A DNA stretch of 63,937 nt, filler included, from Octopus bimaculoides (lineage: Eukaryota), in NCBI RefSeq assembly GCF_001194135.2. It is 4 parts of 3 records of this genome, joined end to end, with 100 filler letters (N's around TTAATTAATTAA, not from the genome) between each part and the next. Parts side by side here need not be neighbours in the genome. Positions count along the whole stretch, not along the records: positions 61,810 to 63,937 come from NC_068981.1; 3 more parts are not named here. One strand, given 5' to 3'. The position numbers and the translations under genes were made by a program. Positions within the stretch are counted from its first letter, which is position 1. Each line of letters opens with the position of its first letter. Shown here in pieces: positions 61,810 through 63,937 of this stretch. The notes beneath the pieces are model-generated. The model made no database searches and was not told the DNA's origin. It saw nothing but the letters and a program-made list of their open reading frames with translations.

Positions 61810-63124
61810 ATATATATATATGCGAGATATTGGTATCCAGAAAACGCACGGTGGCAGTTAAGGCAATGTAAGTTATGGTAGACATGTAGTTAAGCTCTCC
61901 GTGCGATAATTATACGAGTGAGGAATCTAATACGGGTCTATTATGAGCACGTATATGTTAGATATGTATGAGACAGCAAAGCCAAAGATGTGTGTCGTTT
62001 TCAGGACCTTTATAAAGAGAAAGGGGTCTAGTGTTTTTTCATTCGCAAAATAATCGTTTTTATATTAAAGAAGAGAAAATTTGAAAATCGGTTATAATAA
62101 TGTAGGCTTCCGGTCTTATTGCTATGAAGGTATGATGTTGTTGAGGAAAAAAAATGGAGGAAAAAGTTACAGAGGTTTAAAAATCGAAAAATCTCTCTAT
62201 TTTTATCTAATAGTGAGACTGAAATTTTCTGCGTTTAGCGGAGCGGTGTCAACTTAAATGTTGCACACTGTAAAATTAATAGATTAGCATCTGTGGCATG
62301 ATCTGTTCATTGTAGATTTCTAAATAAATAGAAATACCTAATAAATTCAACATGAGCCATCTTACTATGTCTTTTGTCTCTTCATTGTATGTTTTATTAT
62401 TTTTTTTTTTAATTTCTTATATTAATATCTTCGTCTGCATGTGTTTACTTTATGCGTATTTCAGTATTATGTATACCTGTCATGTTTTGTGTACATCATT
62501 AATATGTAATTGCATGTGGATGTATGTATTAATATAGAATTTTATATGTAGATTCATGTGTGTGTGAATGTGTGTATTTGTGTGTGTGTGAAGAGGGCGT
62601 CTATCTCCAAAACGTTTTCGTGCTTGGATTTGTAAACTGCGATAAGTATAACATATATGAAATAAAGAATATCAAAAATACTAACACAGTATAAGCAAAG
62701 AGAAATACTAAAACACAGAAGCACAGAAAAATATGTAATATACTGACAGACAGAAACATTAAAACAAAAAAAAAAACGCGGGTGAAAAAATCTCTTGCCA
62801 TGAGGAATGAAGTTTATAAAATCAACATAGAAAAACATGCGTCACAGACAACAGTGAAGTGAAGCACGAAGTGGCAGACAACAATGGAGTGAATAACAAC
62901 ACAGCGTCCGGTTGTCATGGTAATATGCTGCTAGTGCCACGCTGTCTGCTGATTGGCTAAATTTACCAAGATTTCCCAAATTTAATTCCAAATAACATCA
63001 GATTCTTTAAATTACGTGATAAAGTTGAACGTAATCAAAATTCAGAGTTGTACCGATGCACTAAAATTGAAAGCAAAATTAAAGGGGGCTCATTTTGCGA
63101 ATGAGAAAGGCTAAATCCAGAGAA

Positions 63125-63780
63125 AATTAGCCTTACAGCTGTTTCTGGGATATCCCTTCATAAGAAATGTGGGCGCTTAGAAGTGGTATAAATGCTTCTT
63201 GTCCGTGGTATATAAATTCCAATAGGTGTTCATATTTTGTCATCACAAATGGAAAGTGTAGAGACATAGATTCCATATGTTGTTCATTCAAAGGGGTCTC
63301 GTGGTGTGAATAGAAATTTGAGAATATATTGATAGTATTAAGGAGATAGATGGGGGGGGGGGAGAAGAGATGTGAATGTTAAAATGATGAGAGGGGTCAA
63401 AAGAAAAGGTGAGAAAAGAAGGAGGAAAAGAAGCGGAATAGAAAATGAAAACAAAGATTGTTATTTGGCGGTCAATATATTAAGGGGTGGTGGGAGAGGT
63501 GTAGGAGACGGGAAGGAATAGATAAGAATGTAATTAATGAATATGTATGAGGTGTGGGTGGTGTGGTCATATGATTGAATGGTATTAAGGGGTGGGTACA
63601 GAAAAAGGTATAGGAGGGCGTTTTTCTAATGTGAGTAGTAAACTACAAAAGGGAAGGGAGGGATGCTAAGTATAGTCAAGTTTCCATAAATAGACATAAG
63701 TGTTTATTCTACTGGCTAATGTGATAGGGTGGGTAGAGGAATCAGAGAGAAAGAAAGATGTGTATATTGATAAACACACG
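63125..63780 (-). mobile_element. Probable Penelope-like 3' UTR / pseudo-LTR with hammerhead remnant (63131-63170)
   Basis: Minus strand is pyrimidine-rich and ends TTT-CTTATGA-AGGGATATCCCA-GAAA-CAGCTG-TA-AGG, same layout as the motif at 17377; core G5 is mutated. Confidence 0.45.
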
Positions 63781-63937
63781 CCGCATACATGTACATATGT
63801 GTGTGTATGCATTATTATACAGTCCTACAAACTTGTGAATTTAAACCCGTACGCTTGCATGCATATATATATATATATATATATCTATATATATATATAT
63901 ATATACATACGCGCATACATCCACATACGTACATGTA

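Overview
AT-rich eukaryotic DNA, dense in microsatellites and gapped. The SINE and LINE families look like those of coleoid cephalopods, most likely Octopus; this is recognition from memory, not a database hit. I found no host gene, tRNA, rRNA or CRISPR array. Most ORFs in the track are translations of simple repeats or N-gaps. The recognisable content is transposon debris. DNA transposons: a near full-length decayed Chapaev3 (CMC) element, a DD37D/maT Tc1-mariner, hAT-like and other MITEs, and a 630-bp foldback element. LINEs: five R4/Dong fragments, a second RLE-LINE family, and CR1, RTE and probable L1/Tx1 3' ends. There are four Penelope-like (PLE) fragments, one with 134 open RT codons that the ORF track missed, and at least five SINE-like families. 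Three 100-bp N44-TTAATTAATTAA-N44 spacers are artificial scaffold joins. I cannot claim a new biological system. Best leads: (i) hammerhead-ribozyme motifs, including a 136-bp unit between (TA)n arrays; (ii) modular SINEs whose tails match different LINE 3' ends in the same window; (iii) (AAT)n-targeted R4/Dong insertion; (iv) a perfect 34-bp inverted repeat and a foldback element nested in a SINE. Boundaries of decayed repeats are by eye, roughly +/-10-30 bp.
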